A stretch of 64,000 nt of DNA from Yuukianura sp. NJ FZ-2021 (lineage: Eukaryota), in the NCBI GenBank assembly GCA_046563655.1, contig CM102285.1, forward strand, positions 9,176,001-9,240,000. The letters are read 5' to 3'. Shown here in pieces: positions 63,059 through 64,000 of the stretch (positions are counted from its first letter, which is position 1; each line of letters starts with the position of its first letter). The notes beneath the pieces are model-generated. The model had not been told where the DNA came from and did not search any database. It worked only from the letters and a program-made list of their open reading frames with translations. A program made the position numbers and the translations under genes.

Positions 63059-64000
63059 ATGATGTCTTCGGCAGTCGTCGACCTGAGGGTGTTATTGTTG
63101 GTTCTACTGGGAATCACCGTTGGAATCTCTGCTGTACCGGAAGTGGTCAAAATCGAAGGACTGACTATCCAAAATGCTGATCGAATTGTCGATATTTCGT
63201 CTCAACTGGTTCAAGTTACAGATAAGCTGAAATTTGAAAACACGGGAGCTTCGCCAGTCAAATATGTCCTATTTACCACAGACGCCACAATGAAGGATCA
63301 CTTGGCTTATATTGGAGCGACCACAGGGAAGGATATTGCGCTAGATGTTAAAGTTGCCAAGCTTGCCGATAAGCCGAATCTACTGGTTCATAAAATACAA
63401 CTGAGCAATCCGCTTGCTGTTGGCAAAACTGTCGACATTGAAGTCGAAACCGTTTTCACGAAATTTCTTACTCCCTTCCCCAGCGAAATTACGCAAAAGG
63501 AGAAGCAGCTTGTCAAGTACATTGGCAGTCACTACTTATTTTCGCCTTACAAAACATCTAAACAAACAACCAAGGTTCTTTTGTCTTCTAAAAATGTGGA
63601 AAGCTTCACCAAGCTAAAACCGTTTAGCCACACAGACAACACAATTACGTTTGGACCTTACGAGAGTATTGCACCGTTCTCCACGAACGAATGCGTTGTA
63701 CACTATGAAAACAACAGTCCCTTCCTAACCATTACCAAAATGGAGCGTACAATTGAGGTTTCTCATTGGGGAAACATCGCTATCGAGGAGCACATCGACA
63801 TTTTGCACACCGGAGCAAAATTGAAGGTATGGAATTTTTCCTGGAAAGATGAACTTTCTTTAACATATGACTAAAAAACATTTTCCTTTACTAGGGATCG
63901 TTTTCTCGCTTCGACTACCAACGCGAGCACAATTCCGGAGTTAACTCGATCAAGGCTTTCAAAACCATTTTGCCAGCGTCGGCAAAAGATGTCTACTACC
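63059..64000 (+). CDS. RPN1: Ribophorin I (oligosaccharyltransferase subunit 1), 5' part; runs off the window
   Basis: Signal peptide, then [40 protein letters not shown], intron 63827-63894, then [11 protein letters not shown]...[14 protein letters not shown]. Confidence 0.97.

Overview
Eukaryotic, intron-containing DNA with short (mostly 65-110 nt) introns. The gene content points to an arthropod (inference). There are no prokaryotic features: no CRISPR array, rRNA or intact tRNA was seen. The window has two halves. (1) ~1-43 kb is a gene-poor regulatory landscape around extramacrochaetae (emc, Id-type HLH; minus strand, 16005-19193). It also holds a RING-less gene with two tandem Siah/Sina-type modules and a chitin-binding gene. 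It is enriched in Su(H) sites, contains two exact Mad/Medea activating elements, and carries a recurrent AAGGG(N)CCCTT palindrome of unknown meaning. (2) After a TA-flanked MITE and a Helentron/DINE-1-like element (~43.1-44.8 kb) comes a compact gene block: CNEP1R1, DNAAF6/PIH1D3, a lipocalin-like gene, an MGST3-like gene, p130Cas, a short BCNT/Yeti-like gene and ribophorin I. The best candidate novelty is the MGST3-like enzyme. It carries a ~100-aa Cys/Pro-rich (CCPP-repeat) N-terminal extension, has a canonical RFX X-box upstream, and lies next to the X-box-bearing dynein assembly factor DNAAF6. All gene models were spliced by hand from GT/GC-AG signals and reading-frame phase. Family assignments come from recognised motifs, not database searches.
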